A DNA stretch of 64,000 nucleotides from a virus. Shown here piece after piece: positions 1 through 8,414 of this stretch. Position numbers and translations under genes: made by a program. Positions within the stretch are counted from its first letter, which is position 1, and the number at the start of each line of letters is the position of its first letter. Under the pieces are notes generated by a model, which worked only from the letters and a program-made list of their open reading frames with translations, was not told where the DNA came from and ran no database searches. The stretch spans positions 1-64,000 of the IMG/VR virus record IMGVR_UViG_3300004369_000009. One strand, given 5' to 3'.

Positions 1-471
1 AGAAGCTGCCAATATCTTACTGCCATTCTCCAACTCCATTGAACCTTTGTTGTACACCACAATACCCTGCTGCATCCAGAGAGGCAACTGTTCGTAAGCC
101 AACTGTAATCTTCCCAAAAGATCTCGGGCAGTTGACAGTTTGTTTGCCAGGATACCGATGTTCACGTTGTCATTAAACAGCGCATAGTGAAGTAGGTATG
201 ACACACAGGTGGTAGACTTACCAGTCTGTCGTGGCAGTTTGGCGATATTAAATCTGTTCTCGTGGAAGTTCCTAATTAGTTGCTTCTGAAAATCCCACAT
301 CTTAAATGGCACGACACCCTCGTCAAGAGAAATAATCTTGACGTAGTTCATCGCAAAGTATACAGGATCTTCCTTACACTTCAGATATTCAGCGATTTGT
401 TCTTTAGTGAACTCAATGGCAGTCCCAACCTTTTTAAGGTTGGGATTACCAAGATAAAAATCTTGAGACAT
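1..471 (-). CDS. gp17: Terminase large subunit, N-terminal ATPase part (runs off window start)
   Basis: Absent from the ORF track; translated by hand from ATG at 471: MSQDFYLGNPNLKKVG...KCKEDPVYF...FQKQLI...AKLPRQTGKSTT (Walker A)...ELENGSKILAAS, typical of T4-like gp17. ATG overlaps the TAA of the upstream gene (TAATG). Confidence 0.97.
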   Translation of the reverse strand, partial: MSQDFYLGNPNLKKVGTAIEFTKEQIAEYLKCKEDPVYFAMNYVKIISLDEGVVPFKMWDFQKQLIRNFHENRFNIAKLPRQTGKSTTCVSYLLHYALFNDNVNIGILANKLSTARDLLGRLQLAYEQLPLWMQQGIVVYNKGSMELENGSKILAAS

Positions 472-3400
472 TATGCGGAAGTTCTATATGTAAAATCAAC
501 AAACACGGTACCGAGACCAATAGCACAGTTGCTAGAGCTAATCAGAGAACCTCTCTGATAGTCAGCGTTCAAACCTTGGAGAAAAACGTACTGATTCTGA
601 GAGCCAGCATGAGTAACAATCATATCTCTGGAGTCATCCAAGAAGATTGCCTGGGCAGTATTCAGGAAGTGACCCGAATCATTCTCCATGATAACGCGCT
701 GTACAGCATTATCACTACAAGAAACGTCAGGTTCAAATGGCAGTGGGAATCTCAGTTCACCACCAATCAAACTATTGTCAAGGATATTTACAACCATCTT
801 GGCATAGACGTGAACCATTCTGCCAACTTTGGTGTAGTATCCAGTAGAAGTATTTGACATACCTGCTCTGTTTGTATTAGCAAAGTATGGGGTAGCATCG
901 TAACTACCTTCCTCATAGTGATCAAGGATTTCTCTAGTGGCACCAATAAGTGAGGTTTGGTTGCCAAAATCAATACCCTTATCTGCCTGTAGAACGAAGT
1001 TACCATTCGAGTTGATTCGAGCGGCTTCAGTAAGGGAACCTAACTGAGAGGTGAGGAACTTAATAGCACCACCTTCTTGACCATTGGTAGTAGATTCAAC
1101 CTCCGCAAAGATACCGCCGTAGTTAACGTTAGCGTTATCAGCAGCGTTTCTGCCACGGAAGTCAATACGACCAGGCTGGTGCCCAACACCAATCGTACCC
1201 GACTTGTAGAGAACAAGGTCAGGAGCGGTAGTAGAAGAGTTGGTTGTGTTCTCAATAATAATCTGGTCAGTCGTGTCATTGCCTTTGACGTGGAATTGAC
1301 CAGCAGGATCATCAATACCCAAACCAACCAGTTGACCTCTAAGGACAACAGTGTCAAACAGAGCACCAGCATCCATTACCTGAAGTCTCATCAGACCTCT
1401 TTCGGAGCCAGCAGCAGTCAGGTGAATGTCAGTTTGGATTCTTCCATACTCTAGGTCAGTGGTATTAGCAGCATTTCTACCGACAAACTGGATGGTACCA
1501 AGTTGATCAGCAACAGCAGCAGAAGCACTTTCTCTTCTAAGGATGAAGTTGGGACCGATGAGAGCATCATCAGCAGCAAAGCTAACAGTGGACTGCTCAG
1601 CGTTTACTGTATATCCACTAGATGCTGTAATGCCAATGTTAGCCGATGAGAAGTTAATGTTGCTATCGGAAACTTCAAACTCTGGAGTTCCATCGTTATC
1701 TGTATCAATTTCAAACGCAACTTTAGATGTTGCGGTATTGCGCTTACGGAAACCAAACTGGGCAATAATAGAGCCACCGTTGTTTCTGAAGTCGATGTGA
1801 CCCAGGTCATTACCATCAGCAACAATAGAGTCAGAGGTAAAGTCAATACCACTATGCTTGAACGTGATGTTCGCAGCACTATCTACTGTACCAACGTTGT
1901 CTGTGTTCTGGAGAAGCAACGATCTAGGACCAGCACCACCAGATGTAATATCAGCAAATGTTACATTGGAATTAGTAGCAACATCTTGACCGATAGAAAT
2001 CTGACCAGAGACTGCTGAATACGTGACACCAGTGCCACCACTGAGGTGTTGACGAGTTTCAGCAGCAGAGCCACCAGTGTAGGTGATGACGCCAGTAGCA
2101 GAATCATAAGACAGAGATCCATCACCACCAAGATCAGTGACAGAGAGGTGGGCACGGACTTCGGCAGCACTGGGACCAGTATAATCAAACTGACCAGAAG
2201 TAGCGTTGTAAGTAAGAGAACCGTCTCCACCATTGTCTACAAGCGAGATTGCGTTACGTGCTCTAGCATTAGTGAAGAAGATATTGGTGCTACCTTCGAC
2301 AAGAGAATCAGTATTAAACTCAGAGAAATCGACAGCGAGTGTCAGTTGATCGTTAGCATCATCATATGTTTTATTGATGCCTGTTCCACCTTGAAGGAGA
2401 ACCGCTACACGATCATCAACTCTTTCGTTGGTGAAGAAGAGATTAGTTGGGGATGTTGCGGCTTCCGCAATGTCATCTAGATCCAATGTAATATTGGCGC
2501 TTCCATTAAAGGAAATGCCATTAATTGTTCTAGCAGTTTCAAGTGTAGTTGCGGTTGAAGCATTACCAGTCAGGGGACCAGTGATGCTAGCAAACTGTAC
2601 ACTGTCAGAAGTTCCAACGGCTTGACCGATAGCAACTACTCCACTGGAGATTGAAACTCCTGTACCACCTGAGAAATGGGCACGGGTTTCTGCTGCGCTA
2701 GGTCCAGTATATGTAAATACACCTGAGGTGGAGTTATAGGAAAAAGATCCGTCACCACCTGAGTCGGTTGCCGAGACAGCAGCACGGGCTCTGGTGTCTG
2801 TGAAGTAGACATTTGTGGGAGTGACACTCTCTTGGATATTGTCGGTGACGAGAGTAATATCAGAAGTACCGTTAAAACTAATCCCACTAATGTCGCGAGC
2901 AGTCTCAAGCGCAGTAGCTGTAGAAGCATTACCTGTTAACGCCCCCGTAATCGCTGTAATGTTAGCGGCATCAGCATAAATGTTAGCCCAGCGAGTACCC
3001 GTGGCACCTAAGTCCCAAGTGCTATCTACGTCGGGATAGATATGCTGATTGAATGTCCAAGCGTCATTGACGTTGGACCAAAGAATACTTTTATCTGAGG
3101 TTCCTTTAAGAATGATCCCGCCACCATCGGCTCCAGCATCAGTCGGGGTAGCGGTAGAACCTAGTTCAAATGTCTTGTCATCGATAGTAACGGTCGTCGA
3201 ATTCACCGTTGTGGTGCTTCCGTTTACCGTAAGATTGCCTGTGACTACCAGATCGTTTGGAATGGTTACATCATTCGCGAGACCAAACGTAACGGTATCG
3301 TCATTAGTATAATAGACTCTAACTTGGTTAGCAGTCTCAGCAAAGGTAATATTATCAATAACAGAGTATGATGATGTCATTCTAAAGATGGCACCACCAG

Positions 3401-3623
3401 TAGTGGAAACCATCCTAATATCATATTCTGTACCGATGGAGGAAGCACCACCACCAACGTCAAAGTTTCTAACAACACCATCAGTTCCCTTCAACTTCAT
3501 CGTGAGAACAGTGTTGGAAGTAGCTTCCAAAACAACGTCTCCGATCTGAAGAGGGAAGATGTTTGTTGGTGGTCTGAGAAGGTTTGGGGCTTCCTCAGGT
3601 AACTTACGAATCGTCAGAGACAT
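471..3623 (-). CDS. Tail-fibre-like structural protein (1050 aa)
   Basis: Gly/Thr/Ser-rich; fibre segment GNLTVNGSTTTVNSTTVTIDD; 2x GNASTATxLETARxIxGISFNG; 3x GGDGSxxYxxxxGxxxYTGxSAAExRxH; C-terminal LDHYEEG...GYYTKVGRMV typical of fibre tips; preceded by a late-promoter-like site. Confidence 0.75.
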   Translation of the reverse strand: MSLTIRKLPEEAPNLLRPPTNIFPLQIGDVVLEATSNTVLTMKLKGTDGVVRNFDVGGGASSIGTEYDIRMVSTTGGAIFRMTSSYSVIDNITFAETANQVRVYYTNDDTVTFGLANDVTIPNDLVVTGNLTVNGSTTTVNSTTVTIDDKTFELGSTATPTDAGADGGGIILKGTSDKSILWSNVNDAWTFNQHIYPDVDSTWDLGATGTRWANIYADAANITAITGALTGNASTATALETARDISGISFNGTSDITLVTDNIQESVTPTNVYFTDTRARAAVSATDSGGDGSFSYNSTSGVFTYTGPSAAETRAHFSGGTGVSISSGVVAIGQAVGTSDSVQFASITGPLTGNASTATTLETARTINGISFNGSANITLDLDDIAEAATSPTNLFFTNERVDDRVAVLLQGGTGINKTYDDANDQLTLAVDFSEFNTDSLVEGSTNIFFTNARARNAISLVDNGGDGSLTYNATSGQFDYTGPSAAEVRAHLSVTDLGGDGSLSYDSATGVITYTGGSAAETRQHLSGGTGVTYSAVSGQISIGQDVATNSNVTFADITSGGAGPRSLLLQNTDNVGTVDSAANITFKHSGIDFTSDSIVADGNDLGHIDFRNNGGSIIAQFGFRKRNTATSKVAFEIDTDNDGTPEFEVSDSNINFSSANIGITASSGYTVNAEQSTVSFAADDALIGPNFILRRESASAAVADQLGTIQFVGRNAANTTDLEYGRIQTDIHLTAAGSERGLMRLQVMDAGALFDTVVLRGQLVGLGIDDPAGQFHVKGNDTTDQIIIENTTNSSTTAPDLVLYKSGTIGVGHQPGRIDFRGRNAADNANVNYGGIFAEVESTTNGQEGGAIKFLTSQLGSLTEAARINSNGNFVLQADKGIDFGNQTSLIGATREILDHYEEGSYDATPYFANTNRAGMSNTSTGYYTKVGRMVHVYAKMVVNILDNSLIGGELRFPLPFEPDVSCSDNAVQRVIMENDSGHFLNTAQAIFLDDSRDMIVTHAGSQNQYVFLQGLNADYQRGSLISSSNCAIGLGTVFVDFTYRTSA

Positions 3624-3873
3624 TTACTGTACTGGCTACATGCTTTCTATGGGTATTTAGCTGGTACCAGTCTTCTGCCGCGTCGAACTCATTGAAGAAC
3701 ATAGTATGTCCTTCAAATACAACACAGAATTTATCAATCAAAGAATCATAAGAAATAGGAGCATCCGAAATAGGATGTTCGGCAATGTAACTGCGATACC
3801 AATCTGGATAATCTAAAGCTTCTTGTCGCAATTCTTCAAGAGCGGAAATGCGATCTTCTGGGACTTCACTCAT
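3604..3873 (-). CDS. Hypothetical protein (89 aa, acidic)
   Basis: ORF coupled to neighbours by short overlaps; protein-like composition. Confidence 0.7.
   Translation of the reverse strand: MSEVPEDRISALEELRQEALDYPDWYRSYIAEHPISDAPISYDSLIDKFCVVFEGHTMFFNEFDAAEDWYQLNTHRKHVASTVNVSDDS
3654..3661 (-). promoter_or_regulatory. Putative T4-type late promoter variant (GCTAAATA)
   Basis: About 30 nt upstream of the 1050-aa fibre ATG; variant of TATAAATA. Confidence 0.55.
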
Positions 3874-4126
3874 GATCTTTAGGGTAATCTTTGTCTAGGT
3901 CGGACAGACGCTTTGCCCAGGTGTCTCCACCTTCAGCACCATTAACAGGATTAATACACGTACTATCTCCTAGATTATTACACACTAAGCCTGCTAAGTC
4001 AAGCTCACTCCCTATCTTCCCCGTCGCCCACATGTGTTGACCGTTGATCCACATTGCCCCGCACTTCGGGCAATCCACTCTGCTCATGCTCAGATCCGAC
4101 GTTTCTTTCCCCGAGGATGATTCCAT
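3866..4126 (-). CDS. Conserved cyanophage hypothetical protein with CxxC...H...C (possible Zn-binding)
   Basis: CPKCGAMWINGQHMWATGKIGSELDLAGLVCN resembles a small protein commonly found near gp16/gp17 in cyanomyoviruses (recognised from memory). Confidence 0.8.
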   Translation of the reverse strand: MESSSGKETSDLSMSRVDCPKCGAMWINGQHMWATGKIGSELDLAGLVCNNLGDSTCINPVNGAEGGDTWAKRLSDLDKDYPKDHE

Positions 4127-4331
4127 AATCTTTCTCCATTTGCGTGATTGTACTCTTGAGCTCTCGCCTTAGGCGCTTCTCCATAAAGTACATACGCAAT
4201 TTCACGTATCCATACTTTATCTCCAACTCAATGTATTGAATGAGTTTGAGAGTTTCTTCCCAACCAGCATACGCCACACAGAATAATAAAACTAACAGTA
4301 GCCAGGTTACGGGAGATATTGCCATGATCAA
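4005..4331 (-). CDS. Hypothetical membrane-anchored protein
   Basis: N-terminal hydrophobic stretch VTWLLLVLLFCVAYAG followed by an amphipathic helix; start overlaps the upstream stop. Confidence 0.7.
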   Translation of the reverse strand: MIMAISPVTWLLLVLLFCVAYAGWEETLKLIQYIELEIKYGYVKLRMYFMEKRLRRELKSTITQMEKDYGIILGERNVGSEHEQSGLPEVRGNVDQRSTHVGDGEDRE

Positions 4332-4582
4332 CGGAGAGTCTCGTCAATGATAGCACGCTGGGACTCTAACGCTAAAAATAAAGGTATTTCCTTAATCTTG
4401 TACTCTGACTCAGAGTATGAATATACTCTACACCCAGGGTAGACTTTCTCTGCCTGTTTTTGTATGTCACCCCTTTGGGGTTTATTTAAGTACGGGAAGA
4501 ATACTTGAAGACGATAAGGTTTACCTCGCCATACTACTTCGGCAAGATAATACTTTCCGTATTCGTTGATTCTATTTGCCAT
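4328..4582 (-). CDS. Hypothetical protein (about 84 aa, basic)
   Basis: Likely start MANRINEYG at 4582 (TGATG overlap with the upstream stop) rather than the ORF-track start at 4612. Confidence 0.75.
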   Translation of the reverse strand: MANRINEYGKYYLAEVVWRGKPYRLQVFFPYLNKPQRGDIQKQAEKVYPGCRVYSYSESEYKIKEIPLFLALESQRAIIDETLR

Positions 4583-4842
4583 CAGTTCTTGTAAGCAACA
4601 GCTGTTGCCCAAACAGAATCAGCAGCGCCAGAAGCATCCAAAGCAGATCCTGCTGGCTTCTCGATTATAAGAGAACCGCCTGGGGGAACATAAGCAACAA
4701 AACCAGTGGCAACAACAGTAACCTCAGCAGCAGCTGTGGAAGATCCATTAACGCACAAAACCAGAGGATTGGCAAGAATGGTGGTATTGACACTAGCAGC
4801 AACCTGAATGTCTTCAGCAACTGACAGTGGTTTTACAAGCAT
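4582..4842 (-). CDS. Small beta-rich hypothetical, probably virion structural protein (86 aa)
   Basis: Ala/Val-rich; follows gp16 behind a late-promoter-like AATAAATA. Confidence 0.75.
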   Translation of the reverse strand: MLVKPLSVAEDIQVAASVNTTILANPLVLCVNGSSTAAAEVTVVATGFVAYVPPGGSLIIEKPAGSALDASGAADSVWATAVAYKN

Positions 4843-4863
4843 GAGTCTAAAAATACCTTCTTT

Positions 4864-5274
4864 CTATTTATTGTTTTTAGAAGCATCCTTTAGCATTTTT
4901 TGAAGGTCTGCTGTAGATCCAACAAATAGAGCATTGGTAACATTGGTTGGACCCTTCTTCTTTTCTTCTTTAACATCCTTAGTTGCTTTCTGAAGAGCCA
5001 TCAACTTATCTGTAACGTCACCTACGTTTTTGATAAGTTGACCTGCTACCTCATACGCTCTGGGGTGATCGGATGACATTGCTACGTCAAGAGCACCATT
5101 GATTGCTTCCTGACCTTTTTCAATCAGTTGATACAGTTGTGCTCTACTATACTCATGATCATCCTGAACCTGATCTTTTTCCACAGGAGCAGGTGGTTTC
5201 TTTACTGGTTCGCTGACTGTAGATAATTCACTTACAGTCTCAAACGCTTGATCTAGCCCATCAAACTTATCCAT
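4864..5274 (-). CDS. gp16: Terminase small subunit
   Basis: DDHEYSRAQLYQLIEKGQEAI...HPRAYEVAGQLIK...NALFVGSTADLQKML, the T4-like gp16 signature; directly after gp15. Confidence 0.96.
   Translation of the reverse strand: MDKFDGLDQAFETVSELSTVSEPVKKPPAPVEKDQVQDDHEYSRAQLYQLIEKGQEAINGALDVAMSSDHPRAYEVAGQLIKNVGDVTDKLMALQKATKDVKEEKKKGPTNVTNALFVGSTADLQKMLKDASKNNK
4865..4872 (-). promoter_or_regulatory. Putative late promoter (AATAAATA)
   Basis: Overlaps the gp16 stop, about 22 nt upstream of the next ATG. Confidence 0.55.
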
Positions 5275-6274
5275 AGAAACTCGTCAATTCATTAAATCCA
5301 AAGTCATCCCCAGCATCTAGTAGAGCATCATCCGCAGTGTTGATCAAATCGATAGGAGCACCAGATAAGTGTTCTGCTTTGTTGGTGCCATTCTGACCAC
5401 GGGTGACTGTAATACTTGTAGCGTCTGGAAGTGTTTTGACTTTCATCACTTCATTTCCAATTTCAATGTATTCATCAATAGTGAATACACTGGAGTCTTG
5501 TACTTGAAGTGTAGTAATTGTTTTGCTGATATCTGCCATGAGAGCAGAAGTACCGTCTAGATTCTCGTCTCTGATTGCGGCAGGTGTAACTTGATATTGT
5601 ACTCTGCGTGGTGCCACCACTCGATTGTCGCCCATCTTGTAATCCACAGTGGCTTTCTTGATGGGTGCGCCAGTCTGAGAAGGACCAAACAGATACGTTT
5701 TCATCGAAAACGTAAAGTCAATCGTTGTAAGTTTTCTTTGAGTGAAGTCACCTTCGTATTCATCAGAGTATGATATGCCATTAAGAACGATAGGCACATC
5801 ACGGAACTCATTGAGGTCTTCAATAAGTTTGATCGTAACGTTGTAAGAGGGTTGGAAGAACGGGAGGATTTGCTCCATGATCTCCAAAGCTTCATCGTTA
5901 GTCTTGGATAAAACAGATAGACTAAACTCGATGTTATATGGTACTGGGGTGTAAACTTTTCTAATCGCATTATTCCCATCAGCCTTAAGGTTCAGGGTAA
6001 CTGGACTCAGTTTCCTAGTTCCATCATAACTGATACCAGTTACTTCAAATGATATTCTAGGTAGAGTGATAGCAACCTTTTTATTCAGATCAGGTTGCTG
6101 TTCAATTCTAGCCAGAAATTTTTGCTTTGGACCATACGCCAGGGGCACCTTCATTTTTTGATACGTTGATCCATCAGGGTTCTCTTTGCGAACCTCAATG
6201 TTATTAAACATCGTACCAAAAGCCACTACGCACTTTCGGATGATCTTATTATAAGTGTATCCAGTGTTTAACAT
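5267..6274 (-). CDS. gp15: Tail sheath stabiliser / tail terminator
   Basis: YNKIIRKCVVAFGTMFNNIEV...KVPLAYGPKQKFLARI...LPRISFE...EQILPFFQPSY; synteny gp13-14-15-16. Confidence 0.96.
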   Translation of the reverse strand: MLNTGYTYNKIIRKCVVAFGTMFNNIEVRKENPDGSTYQKMKVPLAYGPKQKFLARIEQQPDLNKKVAITLPRISFEVTGISYDGTRKLSPVTLNLKADGNNAIRKVYTPVPYNIEFSLSVLSKTNDEALEIMEQILPFFQPSYNVTIKLIEDLNEFRDVPIVLNGISYSDEYEGDFTQRKLTTIDFTFSMKTYLFGPSQTGAPIKKATVDYKMGDNRVVAPRRVQYQVTPAAIRDENLDGTSALMADISKTITTLQVQDSSVFTIDEYIEIGNEVMKVKTLPDATSITVTRGQNGTNKAEHLSGAPIDLINTADDALLDAGDDFGFNELTSFYG

Positions 6275-6275
6275 C

Positions 6276-7607
6276 TTATGTTGCTATGCCGAATGGGTTA
6301 GACTCAGTGAAGTCTAAAATGTCGTCTGCTTCAAGTTCAAACTCAACATTATCATAATATTTATCATCTGTGGAATCGATTGGATCGAACGAGTTAATTG
6401 TAACCTGAGAACCAGTATCGCTTCCCATAAGAATTTCATTGATTAGGAAGTCGCCAGTAGGTGCTTTGAGTTTAAGCCAACCTTCTTTAGCATCCCAGTC
6501 AGCAACGACTGCTTGATTACCAGTGCTGCCACCAGTAACACTTTCCCCAATCTTAAAGTCTCCTGTACGACCAGGAGATACTGGTTGAATAGTAAAGGAT
6601 GCTGTTGTATATCCAGAACCTGGCTTCTCCACTACAAGTTTGGATACTGATGTATATCCCTTACCCTGATTAGTGATCTCAGCACCTATAAGAGTTCCAC
6701 TACTATCGAACGTTGGTTTCGCTACAGGAGAGAGTCCTCCAAATGGAGGATTACTAAACGAGATACCAGTTCTAGAAACATCATATCCTTCACCGCCATC
6801 GACAATCTCCAATGCTACAAGTTTACCTTCTTTGGTTGTTGGTTTGAGAACCGCATTTCTTAGTGGTGTTGAACCAGACAAAGAAACGGTAATCATATCA
6901 GCACGAACTTCTGCTCCTGTGCCATCACCATTGACCGTGACAGTTGGTGTAAAGTTATAGTTCTTGCCCTCTTCAGTAAGAACTGGTGAAGAGATTCCAC
7001 CGTTAAGAAGTGTGGGTACACCAATAGCACTGATGCCAGCAGATGTGAGGAAGTAGTATTTAATTGTATATCCAGTATCGACGAGTTCCTCGTCACCAAT
7101 AAAGATCTCTCCCTGCTCGTCACTGTACTCGAACAGTTCACACTTAAGTTTGTAGGTATAGTTCTTACCAAGTTGGTAGAAAGGCTCTTCGTGTTCTACA
7201 AACTTGATCTCAAAATAATTTCCTGCTAGTGGGAACCAGATAAGATCACCCTCTTGTGGTCTCTCCCCAAGTTCTACATCAGTATCTAGAAGAAGGAACT
7301 GAGAAATGAGATCAGAAAATCTTTGCTGCGAGATAACCATTGTGATCTCATCAGTTTGTCTGATTCCAAATTTAGTCAACAAATCTCCACCACCTTGGAA
7401 ACCTTCGGCGTTCTCCAAGTAAGCCTCGATAAGATAAGAGTCATCAAACTCAGACGACACCTCTTCATTAAAGACGCCATCTTTCTGAGTAAGTTGTCTT
7501 GGGATGTAAAGTACATCCATCCCAAACATTTTGATATACTCTTCGACCAGTCCTTGCTGAAGGAACTGTTCGTTACGAGTTCCGTGAGTGAAGAAAACGT
7601 TTCTCAT
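6276..7607 (-). CDS. gp14: Neck protein with internal accessory-domain insertion
   Basis: EYIKMFGMDVLYIPR...LLTKFGI...RPQEGDLIWFP...FEIKFVEHEEPFYQLGK; C-terminal ILDFTESNPFG. Confidence 0.95.
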   Translation of the reverse strand: MRNVFFTHGTRNEQFLQQGLVEEYIKMFGMDVLYIPRQLTQKDGVFNEEVSSEFDDSYLIEAYLENAEGFQGGGDLLTKFGIRQTDEITMVISQQRFSDLISQFLLLDTDVELGERPQEGDLIWFPLAGNYFEIKFVEHEEPFYQLGKNYTYKLKCELFEYSDEQGEIFIGDEELVDTGYTIKYYFLTSAGISAIGVPTLLNGGISSPVLTEEGKNYNFTPTVTVNGDGTGAEVRADMITVSLSGSTPLRNAVLKPTTKEGKLVALEIVDGGEGYDVSRTGISFSNPPFGGLSPVAKPTFDSSGTLIGAEITNQGKGYTSVSKLVVEKPGSGYTTASFTIQPVSPGRTGDFKIGESVTGGSTGNQAVVADWDAKEGWLKLKAPTGDFLINEILMGSDTGSQVTINSFDPIDSTDDKYYDNVEFELEADDILDFTESNPFGIAT

Positions 7608-8413
7608 CCGATCATATCCAGGGGTGGCATTTCATAACGACTGAGCATTTCATCTTCTAGTTTGTTCACGTCATTGTTCCCATCATCAAACAACTCTCTC
7701 CCATTCAGAGTAATACCCCCAGGGAGTTGAGCACCTTGGAACTTGATCAGGTTCTGACCCCACTGCCTCTTAATCAGAGCAGTGACATATCTCTTGAGCC
7801 AGAGATCGTTAAAGATACCAGCATGATCTGCTGGATCAAGAGCTCTGTAGCATTCAAAGACTAGGTGATCACCTGCTGCTACATCCTCTTGGAAGTCAAT
7901 GTCCATGAACAGACGTTGACCTCTCATGTCAAATCTAACTTGTTTCTGCCCTTCCAGAAGGAAGTAGATGTCTTCCATTCTACGGTTGACCATTTCATAA
8001 GTCAAGATCTCAGTCTGGGTTAGATCCCACAGATCATTGAGTCTCCACTGGTAACGGACATCAAAAAGGTTTGAAGTATTCTTCGACGTAAAGTCAAAGA
8101 TTTTGATTACGCTGGTAACGTAATCGGGAACTGTAATATAGTTATTGGCTTCTAAGAAGTCAGTTGCCTTACCACCAACTTGTGCCACCGATGTAGTGGT
8201 GTTGGTTTTCATGGCATCAATAGTTGCCTGATCAAATTGATACTTCAGATAGGTTTTAATATATCCATCGTACATTCTTTCGTTGTACATTTGGATAGCA
8301 TCATCCACCAGATCATCGATCTGATCATCATCGACGTTAATCTCCAGAACTGGGGCACCCAGTTTTCTCAGAGCATAATCGATAAGTTGTTGTCTGGTTC
8401 CTGGTTTAGCCAT
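7604..8413 (-). CDS. gp13: Neck protein
   Basis: RQQLIDYALRKLGAPVLEINVDDDQIDD...WLKRYVTALIKRQWGQNLIKF...LPGGITLNG...PPLDMIG. Confidence 0.97.
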   Translation of the reverse strand: MAKPGTRQQLIDYALRKLGAPVLEINVDDDQIDDLVDDAIQMYNERMYDGYIKTYLKYQFDQATIDAMKTNTTTSVAQVGGKATDFLEANNYITVPDYVTSVIKIFDFTSKNTSNLFDVRYQWRLNDLWDLTQTEILTYEMVNRRMEDIYFLLEGQKQVRFDMRGQRLFMDIDFQEDVAAGDHLVFECYRALDPADHAGIFNDLWLKRYVTALIKRQWGQNLIKFQGAQLPGGITLNGRELFDDGNNDVNKLEDEMLSRYEMPPLDMIG

Positions 8414-8414
8414 T

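Noticed and set aside
280-558. 92-aa plus-strand ORF at window start
   Set aside because: Shadow of gp17 and the fibre 3' end; the minus frame gives an unmistakable terminase.
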